Source of the DNA: Candidatus Eiseniibacteriota bacterium
GTDB taxonomy: Bacteria; ARS69
Direction of reading: 5' to 3'
Assembly (NCBI GenBank): GCA_052390515.1
Contig: JBQTGV010000086.1
Span: 1 to 46,643 of the forward strand
DNA: 46,643 nt
Shown here piece by piece: positions 29,439 through 38,924 of this stretch (the first letter of the stretch is position 1; each line of letters starts with the position of its first letter). The notes under the pieces were generated by a model. The model had not been told where the DNA came from. It saw only the letters and a program-made list of their open reading frames with translations, and did no database searches. Position numbers and translations under genes: made by a program.

Positions 29439-30223
29439 CGTTCTCCCCTCTCGGTTTCCGGGGCGGGATGCCCCCGCCCTACCTCGGCGACCGTCTCTCG
29501 CACGAACCAGGACGGGTCGGCGGCGCCTCGCTCGATCGCCTCGCCGATCTCCGGGTCCACGGGCCACCGCCGGAGCGCCCGGAACGCGGAATCCCGCACC
29601 ACCCACGACGGATCGCTCGTCATGGACAGAACGAGCGTGCGAGCCCTCGGATCCTGCGAATCACCGAGCCCTTGTACGGCGACGTTGCGAATGGCGGTCG
29701 CCGTGTCGGCCAAGCATTCGCGGACGACATCGTACCCCGGATCCTCGCCCAAGAGAAAGAGCGAGATCCCGGCGTGCGCCCGCTCGTGGGCGTCGCCGCG
29801 GGAGGCGACCGCGCGAAGCAGGTCCGCCGAGCCTCCGTCACCGATCCGGCCGAGCGCCTGCACGGCGAGGATGCGGAAGTAGCGATCGTCGAAGGTGTCG
29901 GGCGCCGGGTCGTCGAGGGAGCGCCCGAGGTCCTCGCGCAGGGCGCCGGCGGCGGCGGGCTCGCGGAGGAGGCCGAGGCCCCGGATGGCGCCGGCGCGCA
30001 CGTCCCGCCGAGGGTCCTCCAGCAGGGGAAGGAGCGCCCGGGCGGCGGGCCCGCCGAGGGATACGAGCTCCTCCACCGCCGCATCCGCCACGAGCACGTC
30101 ATCGGCCTGGAGGCGGCGGAGGGCCTCTTCGAGTGGGCCCGCCGCGGCCCGGCCCGGCCCGGCCGCCGGGAGGGTCAACGCCACCAGGGCGGCGAGCGCC
30201 GCCCGTCCCCTTCTTCGCCCCAC
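29435..30223 (-). CDS. Exported HEAT-repeat protein
   Basis: Signal peptide; repeats DPRRDVRAGAIRGLG, DPSWVVR, DPSWFVR. Confidence 0.82.
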   Translation of the reverse strand: MGRRRGRAALAALVALTLPAAGPGRAAAGPLEEALRRLQADDVLVADAAVEELVSLGGPAARALLPLLEDPRRDVRAGAIRGLGLLREPAAAGALREDLGRSLDDPAPDTFDDRYFRILAVQALGRIGDGGSADLLRAVASRGDAHERAHAGISLFLLGEDPGYDVVRECLADTATAIRNVAVQGLGDSQDPRARTLVLSMTSDPSWVVRDSAFRALRRWPVDPEIGEAIERGAADPSWFVRETVAEVGRGHPAPETERGER

Positions 30224-30258
30224 GGTCCTCTCCCGGAAAGTCCGACCAACGGAACTTC

Positions 30259-30287
30259 AAGCTAAACAACAACTTCCGACCGGTCAA
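30259..30287 (-). promoter_or_regulatory. sigma70 promoter of the HEAT-HEAT(-ctpA) unit
   Basis: TTGACC-N17-TAGCTT on the minus strand, within an AT-rich patch about 35 bp upstream of the start. Confidence 0.6.
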
Positions 30288-30522
30288 GGGGCTCCTGGCC
30301 CGTTCGGATCGGCGCCACCATCGCCGCCCGTCGTCCTTCCCAGGCCGGGCTCAGGGGACGCCTCCGGTCGGACGAGCAGGCTCCGCCCCGGGGGTCCCGG
30401 CTCCTCGGTAGACTGCCTCGGGGCTTGCGTTTTCGGCCTATCACGGGGGGTTCGGCGGATTCAGCTAGAAGGTGGACAGTTCTGGCGACCCGTGGTATCC
30501 ACGCTCCGATTCACGCTGCGGC

Positions 30523-30536
30523 GGGCAAATTTGCCC
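30523..30536. promoter_or_regulatory. Perfect 14-bp palindrome, candidate operator
   Basis: GGGCAAATTTGCCC in the 456-bp divergent intergenic region. Confidence 0.45.
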
Positions 30537-30679
30537 CCTCCGTGGCAGGCTCGGGCCTCTCGGTATCCCGCGTTCGATGCGGCGAGTGCATCCCGGGCGC
30601 GTCGATCCTGAACTCCTGGCGGGGTTCCTCGACCCAAGGATCCGTCGAGGTCTCCCCGGGGATCACCTGGAGGGCAAAC

Positions 30680-32875
30680 TTGACTAGATCGAAGCGGTCA
30701 CTGTTCGCGGTGGCGGCGCTGGCGACCGGGATGGTGGCTGGGGAGACCCAGGCCCAGACCATCGCCTACCGCAACCTGCTGCAGTTCGACCTTCAGTCGT
30801 TCCGAAGCCAGGCGACGGCCGGCATCTTCCATGACGATGTCGACCTCATCAGCGACGCGACCCGTCTCCTCGAAGTCGATGGGACCCGCGTCTTCACGAA
30901 CTTCTCGAATCTCTCCGATCCGGCGACGGTCGGTGACAACCTGATCAGTTACAGCTGGGATCGGGTGGCCGACTTCACCGCCGAGGGCTCGATGCCCGGC
31001 GTAGGCTCGGGTGCGCCGGACACGTTCGACGCCGGCAGCTACCTGGGCGGATGGATCGGCAAGTACGACCAGGAGTCCGAGTACACGTTCTCCCTCGTCT
31101 ATCAGCGCAGCGGCCACAAGGCGATGTTCGAGGACCTGGAGGACGGGGACCTGGACGGGAACAACGCGGGCTCCAGCGCGACGATCAACTTCAATGACGC
31201 CGAGTTCAACGGCACCATCCTGCAGGAGTTCGACAACGGCGTGGGCGAAGCGGTCGGCGGGGCCGGCGACGGCGACGTCGACCAGACGGTCGAGCGGCGT
31301 ACGGATCTGATCCGGTTCGACGACCGCTCGGCCGCGGCATTCGATCTGGGCGCGGCCCGTGAGATCGCCGGGACGGACTGGTCCGTCGGTGGCCGGCTCT
31401 TCTGGCGCAGCGACAAGATCGAGCGCAACGCCGAGGGAACGAACGAAGTGGTCAATCGTCAGAAGATCGCGGACAACGGCCCGCTGGTGGAGACCAGCCG
31501 CACGCTGACGTCGTACTCCGCCTCCATGGAGGACGCGTTCAAGATGCGCGAGGCCGGCGTGAGCCTTTCCGCCGATTGGCATCCGGGCGGATGGTCCCTG
31601 AACAGCCGCCTGGACATCGCCGGGATCAACATGACGAACCCGTCGACCAATCTCAGCACGCCCGGACTCGGCAGCCGCGGCAAGAGCAGCGACCTTCCCT
31701 GGCGGATGTCGGGCGCCACGCCGGACATCTTCCAGACCACGACCTCGACGGTAGTCACCACGCCGACCGGGTTCAACCCGAACACGATCGGCGCCCTGGA
31801 TGCGGATCAGACGAACACGTCCTGGTTCACGGGCAACTTCTACCTCGGTGACTACTTCGAGGACTACTACTGGTACCGCGGCTTCTCGTTCGCGACCGAG
31901 TCCGTCGACGACGAGCGCACCGGCATCGGCTTCGGCGCGAAGCTCGAACTCGACCGTCCGGCGTGGGGTGGCGACTCCCGCGTGTGGGCCGGCGTGAACT
32001 ATCGCCCGGTGGACATCGACGCCACGATCGTCATGGCCTCCCGCCAGGGCAACACGTTCTGGTGGAACGACGCGGTCGCGGGCACGGGTGACCAGCAGGC
32101 GACCAACACGCTGATCGACGCGACGAGCACGACGGCCTGGAACGGCGACGCCACCAACACGGTGCTCGAGGCCGGCGCGAAGTGGTGGCGCGCTCTCTCC
32201 AACCGCGTCGAGATGGGCGCGGGGGTCATCCTGAGCCGCTCCACCTGGAACCAGGAGTACCAGGAGACGTTGACGCTGAACCAGGTCCAGTTCCGGTTCG
32301 ACGACGGTTTCGGGACGCTGGGCGGCAACGAGCTCGAGACCTCCGGCCTTCCCGGCTCGGGAGGCGGGGCGTACAACGAAGAGCAGACGCTGATCACCGC
32401 GACCGAGGTCGCCGATTACCAGGACGAGACGCAGGAGACGGACGTGCGTCTCCCGGTCGGTGCTCAACTCAACATCACCAAGAAGATGAAGTGGCAGATG
32501 GGCGTGCAGCACAAGATCGCGTACATGAACCGCGAGCTCAACCGCACCGCTCCGGCCGACACGGACGGGCAGGTGGTGACCGTGTTCACCGACTACGCGA
32601 ACAGCGCCAACGACGTCACGCTGTACAGCACCGGCGTGCAGAACAGCGGCACGGACACGGTGACGGACAAGGACGAGTACAACCAGACCACGTACTGGTA
32701 CGGTCTGGAGTGGCTCATCGGCGAGACGGCTCAGTTCAACATCAACGGGTTCTTCGATTCGCACGCACAGCCGGACGACCCGAGTCCGTCCTTCACCGGT
32801 GACGACGACCGCGAGATCTGGGACGTCGACTTCTTCAGGAACCTGGCGGTCTCCCTGACCTTCCTGTTCGACTGA
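30680..32875 (+). CDS. Large putative outer-membrane beta-barrel protein (731 aa)
   Basis: TTG 30680 after GGAGGG (MTRSKRSLFAVAALATGMVAGETQA); amphipathic strands with long D/T/G-rich loops; C-terminus NLAVSLTFLFD. Confidence 0.75.
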   Translation: MTRSKRSLFAVAALATGMVAGETQAQTIAYRNLLQFDLQSFRSQATAGIFHDDVDLISDATRLLEVDGTRVFTNFSNLSDPATVGDNLISYSWDRVADFTAEGSMPGVGSGAPDTFDAGSYLGGWIGKYDQESEYTFSLVYQRSGHKAMFEDLEDGDLDGNNAGSSATINFNDAEFNGTILQEFDNGVGEAVGGAGDGDVDQTVERRTDLIRFDDRSAAAFDLGAAREIAGTDWSVGGRLFWRSDKIERNAEGTNEVVNRQKIADNGPLVETSRTLTSYSASMEDAFKMREAGVSLSADWHPGGWSLNSRLDIAGINMTNPSTNLSTPGLGSRGKSSDLPWRMSGATPDIFQTTTSTVVTTPTGFNPNTIGALDADQTNTSWFTGNFYLGDYFEDYYWYRGFSFATESVDDERTGIGFGAKLELDRPAWGGDSRVWAGVNYRPVDIDATIVMASRQGNTFWWNDAVAGTGDQQATNTLIDATSTTAWNGDATNTVLEAGAKWWRALSNRVEMGAGVILSRSTWNQEYQETLTLNQVQFRFDDGFGTLGGNELETSGLPGSGGGAYNEEQTLITATEVADYQDETQETDVRLPVGAQLNITKKMKWQMGVQHKIAYMNRELNRTAPADTDGQVVTVFTDYANSANDVTLYSTGVQNSGTDTVTDKDEYNQTTYWYGLEWLIGETAQFNINGFFDSHAQPDDPSPSFTGDDDREIWDVDFFRNLAVSLTFLFD

Positions 32876-32900
32876 GAAGCCGAAGCAGGATCGTTCGAGG

Positions 32901-32936
32901 CGCCCGGGGGGTTCACGCCCCCCGGGCGTTCACTTT
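32901..32936 (+). terminator. Intrinsic terminator (possibly bidirectional)
   Basis: Perfect 11-bp stem cgcccgggggg-ttcacg-ccccccgggcg followed by ttcacttt; overlaps the MFS stop codon. Confidence 0.7.
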
Positions 32937-34253
32937 GTGGGGTGCCGCGCTCTTCTTGCGGAGAGCCATGAAGGGCAGGAACGCGAGGCAGGCGAGCCCG
33001 AGCACGGCGTCCAGACCGAGCGTCACCGGGTACCCCCAGCGCTCCGCGGCGTGTCCCTGCCAGTTCGCGCTGTACGAGATGGCCAGGTTCCCCATCGCCA
33101 TGTACGCCGTGAACTGAGTGGCCGCCACGCGCGGCGTGGTGACGTCCATGAACAGCGCGGTGCTCGTTCCGTACATGAGACCGTTGAAGGCGGAGTAGAT
33201 CAGGACCACGGTCCAGAACAGGCTGACGAGGGCCTCGGGCGGTTGTGGGCGGTCCGGGAGAGTCGGATCCACCGGCATGATCCACCCGTGGCTCTTCATG
33301 CCGAACGCCAGCACGGCGGTCATGACGCACATTCCCGCCACGAAGAGCGAGAGCATCCTTCGCCGGCCGAGCTTGTCGGACAACCATCCACCGACGACGC
33401 AGAACACCGAGGAGAGAATCGTCGACCAGAGGCTCAGCCATCCGATGCGGGTGTCGTCCAGCCCGAGCTCCACGGCGAGGTTGGACTGCAGCGCCAGCCC
33501 CAGCGCGTACGCGCCGATCGGCAGCATCGCGACACCGACTGCCAGCAGCGCGGCGCGCGTCCCGATGAAGGCGCGAAAGGCATCGTGGGCGAAGGCGGCG
33601 ATGTCACGGCCGACAGCCGCCAGCCGCGAGCCGATCACGGGCGGCCGCGGCGGCCCGGGCAACTCGCGCATCGGCACGGCGACGACCAGCGTGATGACGG
33701 CGATGACCGCGGCGACGAAGAAGAACGTGGTCTGGAAGCCGACGTGCGGGGTCAGGAACAGAACGCCGGCGCCGCCCACCGCGCCGCCGAGGTAGGCGCC
33801 GCCGAACATCAGTCCGTTGGCCAGACCCCGTTCGTGTTCGGTCAGCACGTTGACCGCCAGCGCATCGATGGCCACGTCCTGGGTGGCGCTGAAGATGTTG
33901 AGAACGAGCAGAATCGTGGTGAAGAGACCCAGATTGCCGGCGTAGTCGACCGGGGCGGCGCACAGCAGGGTCACGACCATCGCCGACTGGGTCAGCAGGA
34001 TCCACAGACGCCGACGGCCCCACCGGTCGCTGGAGATCACGTCGACGACCGGCCCGACCGTCCACTTGAGCGCCCAGGGCAGGTACAGCGCGCCGATGAA
34101 CGCGCCGATCGCGGCGGGGTCCAGGCCTCCGCGCCGCATCTGCGTGGCGACGGCGGTGCCGGTGAAGCCGTTGGGGATGCCCTCCGCCATGTACAGGAGG
34201 AAGAAGGCGAACAGGCGTCTCCGGGGCGTGGCCAGCAGGTTCGGAAGCCGCAT
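32913..34253 (-). CDS. AmpG-family MFS transporter
   Basis: LY.AEGIP.GF, LPWALKW..GP.VD, GRRR.WIL, SATQDVAIDALAV, AATQFT.YM; about 12 TM segments. Confidence 0.9.
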   Translation of the reverse strand: MRLPNLLATPRRRLFAFFLLYMAEGIPNGFTGTAVATQMRRGGLDPAAIGAFIGALYLPWALKWTVGPVVDVISSDRWGRRRLWILLTQSAMVVTLLCAAPVDYAGNLGLFTTILLVLNIFSATQDVAIDALAVNVLTEHERGLANGLMFGGAYLGGAVGGAGVLFLTPHVGFQTTFFFVAAVIAVITLVVAVPMRELPGPPRPPVIGSRLAAVGRDIAAFAHDAFRAFIGTRAALLAVGVAMLPIGAYALGLALQSNLAVELGLDDTRIGWLSLWSTILSSVFCVVGGWLSDKLGRRRMLSLFVAGMCVMTAVLAFGMKSHGWIMPVDPTLPDRPQPPEALVSLFWTVVLIYSAFNGLMYGTSTALFMDVTTPRVAATQFTAYMAMGNLAISYSANWQGHAAERWGYPVTLGLDAVLGLACLAFLPFMALRKKSAAPHKVNARGA

Positions 34254-34415
34254 GGGGGCGCACAATGCGGGCCGATGCGGTCCCGGTCAAGCGGCCGCCC
34301 GCGTGGGTAGTGGTCGGTTCGGAACGTGCGCTCCAGGCGCGAGGTCGAGGCCTGGCCCGGGCTCCCTCCTCGGGGCGCCGCGTGGCCGTGGTCGCTCCCG
34401 GGGCCGCAGCGTAGG

Positions 34416-34916
34416 ATGGCAGCGATGATGACCGCACGCGACCGACGTCGTACCGCAGGTTGGTTCGTGACCGCCGATGCGCGGATCACGGAGTGGATGG
34501 CACGCCATGGCGTGGCGCTGACCCGGATCGCCCTGGGCATCGTGTTCCTGTGGTTCGGCGTCATCAAGTTCGTTCCCGGCTGGAGCCCGGCCGAAGCGCT
34601 CGCGGGGCGCACCATCGAGCGCGCGAGCTTCGGTCTGATCGGGCCGGCGTCGGCGCTTCCGCTGCTGGCCGCGTGGGAGACCGCGATCGGTCTGGGCCTG
34701 CTGACCGGCCGCTTCCTTCGCCTCACGCTCGGGCTGCTCTTCGTGCAGATGCCCGGCACGATGCTCCCGCTCGTCCTCTTCCCGTCCGAGACCTTCCACG
34801 TCTTCCCGTACGCGCCGACGATCGAAGGTCAGTACATCATCAAGAATCTGGTACTGGTGAGCGCAGCGATCGTCGTGGGTGCTACCGTCCGGGGCGGCAG
34901 GCTCGAGGCGAGGTGA
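34416..34916 (+). CDS. DoxX/DUF417-like membrane protein
   Basis: [41 protein letters not shown]. Start uncertain (34416, 34425 or 34428). Confidence 0.85.
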   Translation: MAAMMTARDRRRTAGWFVTADARITEWMARHGVALTRIALGIVFLWFGVIKFVPGWSPAEALAGRTIERASFGLIGPASALPLLAAWETAIGLGLLTGRFLRLTLGLLFVQMPGTMLPLVLFPSETFHVFPYAPTIEGQYIIKNLVLVSAAIVVGATVRGGRLEAR

Positions 34917-34933
34917 TCGGGGCCGCGAGCCCG

Positions 34934-36436
34934 TCAGCCGGCGCCCGCCATCGAGATGGTGACCTCGAACGACCCGCCGGGATGGCTGCGGATCTCCACC
35001 CCATGGCCGAGGACGCCGGCGATCCGGTCGACCAGCGCGAGACCGAGTCCGCATCGCGAGCCGACCGGTGTTCGCGCCTGATCCCCGCGGGCGAACCGCC
35101 GCAGAAGCCCCGGCACATCCTCCTGCCGGACCAGGCTGCCGCTGTTCTCGACCTGCACCGTCGCGTGCCCCCCGTTCCGCGCGATGCGCACTTCCACGCG
35201 ACCGCACTCGTCGGCATACGCCACCGCGTTCTCCAGCACGTTGCGCATGGCGATTCCGGCGAGCATCGGGTCGGTGACGACCCACAGCTCCTCCGGCACA
35301 TTCCACTGCACTCGAAGCCGGCGAGCGTCAGCCTCCCCGCGAAGCGGATTCCATGTCTCGCGCAAGAGCGCGGCAAGGTCCGTCGGACGGGCCTCGATCG
35401 CCACCGTGCCGGCGTCGAGACGCACGAGCCAGAGCAGCCGATCGACCAGAGCCTGCAGCCGCTGCGTCGCCTCGAGCATGTCCACGAGCGCCTCGCGCTG
35501 GTCACCCGCGCCTTCCGTTCCGCGCAAGGCGACGTCGATGGTCGCGCGGAGGCCGGCGAGCGGAGTCCGTAACTCGTGCGCGACGTCCGCGCTGAAGGCT
35601 CGCTCGCGCTCGAGCGCCTGCTCCACGCGATCGAGCAGCTCGTTGAGCCGCTCACCGACCGGCGCAACTTCCTCCGGCGCCTCTCCGACGTCGAGGCGCG
35701 AAGACAGGGAACGGTCGTCGAGCTGGGCGATCCGCGCCGCGAACTCACGGAGCGGGCGAAGACCGCGCCGCGCCACGCCGAGGGAGAGCGCCACGGCGCC
35801 GGCGCCGAGTACCAGGCCGGTGGCGGCCAGGAGCATGGACACGCCGGAGAGCACCTCGGCCACCGCCTCGTCGGATCGCGCGAGCGCGATGCCGATGGAG
35901 GCCGCCGCGTCTTCCGCGGACGGAGTCGGGGTGCCGCCCGCCTCGGCTGCGGGCATGCGGCCGCCGCCGGCCTCTTCGCCTTCGTCGTCCTCCGGCTCGC
36001 CTTCCGCCTGCTCCTCCGCCCCGGAGTCCACGCGCGGCGAGAAGGACAACGAGATGCAGCGAACGCGTCCCGGCGGCTCCAGCTCGACCCAGGTGAACCG
36101 CGGCTCGTCCTCGCCGGCGGGGACCTCCGGCAGGTCGCGGCCCGCGAGACTCGCCGAACGATGCAGCACGGTTCCGTCCGCGTCCCACACTTCGAGGAAG
36201 AGGCTGCTGCCCGCGCTCGCCCCCGACTCCAGCCCTTCGAAGTCGAGCTGGATCCCCTCCTCGTCGACTTCCACCATCGCTTGCACGAGCCTGCCTTCCT
36301 CGCGAAGGGCCCGGTCCAACTGCCGCACGAGCACGAGCCGCAGGCCGAGCACGACGATCACCCCCATCGCGAGGAGGAGACCGACCGTCGACACGAGGGT
36401 CGAGAGAGCGACCTGCCGCCGGATCGACGCTCTCAT
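34934..36436 (-). CDS. Sensor histidine kinase (HAMP-HisKA-HATPase; CusS/QseC-like)
   Basis: Two TM helices, HAMP, F.ADVAHELRTPL, N box NVLENAV.Y, G2 box GLGLA.V. Confidence 0.93.
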   Translation of the reverse strand: MRASIRRQVALSTLVSTVGLLLAMGVIVVLGLRLVLVRQLDRALREEGRLVQAMVEVDEEGIQLDFEGLESGASAGSSLFLEVWDADGTVLHRSASLAGRDLPEVPAGEDEPRFTWVELEPPGRVRCISLSFSPRVDSGAEEQAEGEPEDDEGEEAGGGRMPAAEAGGTPTPSAEDAAASIGIALARSDEAVAEVLSGVSMLLAATGLVLGAGAVALSLGVARRGLRPLREFAARIAQLDDRSLSSRLDVGEAPEEVAPVGERLNELLDRVEQALERERAFSADVAHELRTPLAGLRATIDVALRGTEGAGDQREALVDMLEATQRLQALVDRLLWLVRLDAGTVAIEARPTDLAALLRETWNPLRGEADARRLRVQWNVPEELWVVTDPMLAGIAMRNVLENAVAYADECGRVEVRIARNGGHATVQVENSGSLVRQEDVPGLLRRFARGDQARTPVGSRCGLGLALVDRIAGVLGHGVEIRSHPGGSFEVTISMAGAG

Positions 36437-37107
36437 TCCGAGGCCTCGAGGGAATACCCGAGTCCGCGATGGGTCCGAAGAACGGGAGGCAATCCCGCTT
36501 GGCGGAGCTTCCTGCGGATGTACCCGACGTACACGTCCACCACGTTGCTGCCGACGTCGCGGGCCCAGTCGTAGATGTGCTCGGCGATCTCGTCACGGGT
36601 CACGATCTGTCCGGCGCGCAGCGCGAGCACTTCCAGGATCGAGTACTCTCGCGCGGTCATGCTCACCGCGACACCGCCCGCCCGCACCGTGCGGCCCGCG
36701 GTGTCGATCTCCAGCTCGCCGATGCGGACGAGGGCGGTGCCGGTGCCGTACCTCCGCCGGACGAGAGCGCGGATGCGCGCCAGCAGCTCCTCGAAGGCGA
36801 AGGGCTTCACCAGGTAGTCGTCGGCGCCCCGGTCGAGACCGCGCACCTTGTCGTCCAGCCTGTCCTTCGCGGTGAGGATGAGGATCGGAGCCCGGCAGCC
36901 GCGCTCGCGCGCCTTCGCCAGCACGGTCAACCCGTCCAGGTCGGGCAGCATGACGTCGAGCACGATGACGTCGTAATCCCCCGCCGAGGCGAAGGCCAGG
37001 CCCTCCGATCCGCTGCGGGTGGCGTCGACGGCGTAGCCGGCGCCCTCCAGCCCGCGAACGATCGACTTGCGGAGCGGATCGTAGTCCTCGACGACGAGCA
37101 CTCTCAC
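36433..37107 (-). CDS. OmpR/PhoB-family response regulator
   Basis: VVED, LDVMLP, LTA, GADDYLVKPF, winged helix SNVVDVYV.Y.RRKL...RG.GY. Confidence 0.95.
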   Translation of the reverse strand: MRVLVVEDYDPLRKSIVRGLEGAGYAVDATRSGSEGLAFASAGDYDVIVLDVMLPDLDGLTVLAKARERGCRAPILILTAKDRLDDKVRGLDRGADDYLVKPFAFEELLARIRALVRRRYGTGTALVRIGELEIDTAGRTVRAGGVAVSMTAREYSILEVLALRAGQIVTRDEIAEHIYDWARDVGSNVVDVYVGYIRRKLRQAGLPPVLRTHRGLGYSLEASE

Positions 37108-37180
37108 GGCTTTGGCTCCAGGGGCGTGTCCATCGATGCTACCGTGCTCGACGGTCGCGCGAGAAGTGTTCCGAGCAGCG

Positions 37181-37217
37181 CTCTCATGCTCCTCTCATGC
37201 TTCGCTGCGATTCTCAT
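37181..37217. promoter_or_regulatory. OmpR-type tandem direct-repeat box
   Basis: CTCTCATGCT at 37181 and 37192 (11-bp period), plus TTCTCAT at 37211, between the response regulator and the divergent gene. Confidence 0.65.
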
Positions 37218-37253
37218 CGTGCCCACCAGCCTCTGGTGAAGGAGCGTCCGAGA

Positions 37254-38087
37254 ATGCGTCACGTCGCAGCCGTCCTGTTCGCCTCGATGCTGCCCGCCGC
37301 CGGCTGGGCGGCGCCGGAGATGTCCCGCCCCATCGCCCGTGATCGCGGGACCGGCATTCCCCTCTCCCAGTTCGGAACGTACATCGAGCCGGGTGAGCTC
37401 GTGGTGTATCCGTTCTTCGAGTACTACCGGGACCGGGACCACGAGTACGCGCCGAACGAACTGGGGGGAACGCTCGACCGAGATTTCCGCGGCGAGTACC
37501 ACGCCACCGAGGAGCTGCTCTTCCTTGCCTGGGGCGTTTCGGAGCGGCTCGCGCTGGAGCTCGAGGCCGCGGTGATCCAGGCCTCGCTCGAACGCGATCC
37601 GACGGACCTCTCCGGCACCGCCGATCGCATCGAGGAGTCCGGGCTCGGAGACGTGGAGGGGCAGATGCGCTGGCGGTGGATCCGGGAGACGCCGCACGGG
37701 CCCGAGTTCTTCAGCTACTTCGAGACCGTCTTTCCGACGCAGGAGGAAGGCTCGCTTATCGGGACCACCGACTGGGAGTTCAAGCTCGGCTCGGGGTTGA
37801 TTCGCGGCTTCCCGTGGGGAACGATGACCGTTCGCGCCGCCGTCGAGTATGACAGTGCCGAAGGGGCGGCGGAGCTCGGCGAGGCCGCGATCGAGTGTCT
37901 CCGGTCGCTCTCGGAGCGGTGGCGGGTCTTCTGCGCGGTGGAGGGCACGCAGGACGAGATCGAGCTCATTCCGGAAGTCCAGTGCCGGCTGTCGACGAGA
38001 GTCACGCTCAAGCTCAACAGCGCGGTCGGCCTCACCTCGAAAGCGACCGACTGGGCGCCGGAGGTCGGCCTCCTCCTTCTCTTGTGA
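37254..38087 (+). CDS. Exported protein, probable small outer-membrane barrel (transporter-like)
   Basis: AAGGAG RBS, signal peptide, SGLGDVEG motif, amphipathic strands, hydrophobic C-terminal strand. Confidence 0.7.
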   Translation: MRHVAAVLFASMLPAAGWAAPEMSRPIARDRGTGIPLSQFGTYIEPGELVVYPFFEYYRDRDHEYAPNELGGTLDRDFRGEYHATEELLFLAWGVSERLALELEAAVIQASLERDPTDLSGTADRIEESGLGDVEGQMRWRWIRETPHGPEFFSYFETVFPTQEEGSLIGTTDWEFKLGSGLIRGFPWGTMTVRAAVEYDSAEGAAELGEAAIECLRSLSERWRVFCAVEGTQDEIELIPEVQCRLSTRVTLKLNSAVGLTSKATDWAPEVGLLLLL

Positions 38088-38147
38088 CCGGGCGGGGGGA
38101 GGGAAGGCCGGACTCGCACTCGATCGGTGGTCTGCGCGCGGCCCTCG

Positions 38148-38184
38148 GAAAAGACATCGGGGCGGGAGTCTCCCCCCGCCCCGA
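38148..38184 (-). terminator. Intrinsic terminator of the TWG-protein pair
   Basis: 10-bp stem tcggggcggg/cccgccccga followed on the minus strand by TGTCTTTT. Confidence 0.7.
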
Positions 38185-38238
38185 GTGCCGTTCGCGAAAT
38201 CGTTCGGGGTCGTCGGCTACCAGGTCCCTCTCGTCGGA

Positions 38239-38892
38239 CTACTGGTAGAGCGCCTTGACGCGACCCCAGGTATGCTCTTCCGTGCCCGTGTTATCCGGGC
38301 AGTTCCACAGCGCGTCGTAGAACTCCTTGTAGCCCGCCGGTGCCGTACCGATCTGGTAGTTGATGAAGTCGTTCATCACCAGACCGCCGCTGCACTGGGA
38401 ATCCAGGCTGGCCAGGCCCGCGCCGCCGCTGAAGACGACGACGCCGGTGATGCCCCAGGGAAGCCCGAAGACGTTGATGCGCTGGCCGACCATGTTCTGC
38501 ACCGCGCCGGAAAGCACCAGCGTTCCGTCCGTGTAGGTCGCCACGTTGGCCGTGTTCGCGGCCGTGCCGCCGCCACCGGGATTGTCTTCGTAGACCGAGA
38601 CCGTCCCCGGATTCCAGGTGACGATCTGCGCCATGCCACCGATGTAGGACTGGATCGTCGCCGTGAGCACCGCGGTGTATTCCCTCGCGGCGTTCCACGG
38701 GTACCACGGGTTGATCTGGGTCGTATCCAGCGTCATGTACGCGGTGTACGTGTGCCCGACGGTGTAGATGCCCGGAGCGCCGTTGTGCTTGGCGGCTCCA
38801 GAGAAGCTACCCTCGAGTACGACCGCGGACGCAGCGAGCGGCACCACCAGCAGAGCCACCACGCCGACGCCGAGGACTGCAGACTTCTTCAT
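38239..38892 (-). CDS. Secreted protein with C-terminal TWGRVKALYQ motif
   Basis: Sec signal MKKSAVLGVGVVALLVVPLAASA, G/T/N-rich beta domain, tail TEEHTWGRVKALYQ, GGAGAGGAG RBS. Confidence 0.88.
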   Translation of the reverse strand: MKKSAVLGVGVVALLVVPLAASAVVLEGSFSGAAKHNGAPGIYTVGHTYTAYMTLDTTQINPWYPWNAAREYTAVLTATIQSYIGGMAQIVTWNPGTVSVYEDNPGGGGTAANTANVATYTDGTLVLSGAVQNMVGQRINVFGLPWGITGVVVFSGGAGLASLDSQCSGGLVMNDFINYQIGTAPAGYKEFYDALWNCPDNTGTEEHTWGRVKALYQ

Positions 38893-38924
38893 CTGAGATG
38901 TCTCCTCTCCAGGTCAGCGTGAGA

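Noticed and set aside
30510-30570. c-di-GMP-I riboswitch suggested by GGGCAAA followed by a stem
   Set aside because: The GAAA tetraloop and the downstream GACGCAAAGC element are missing.
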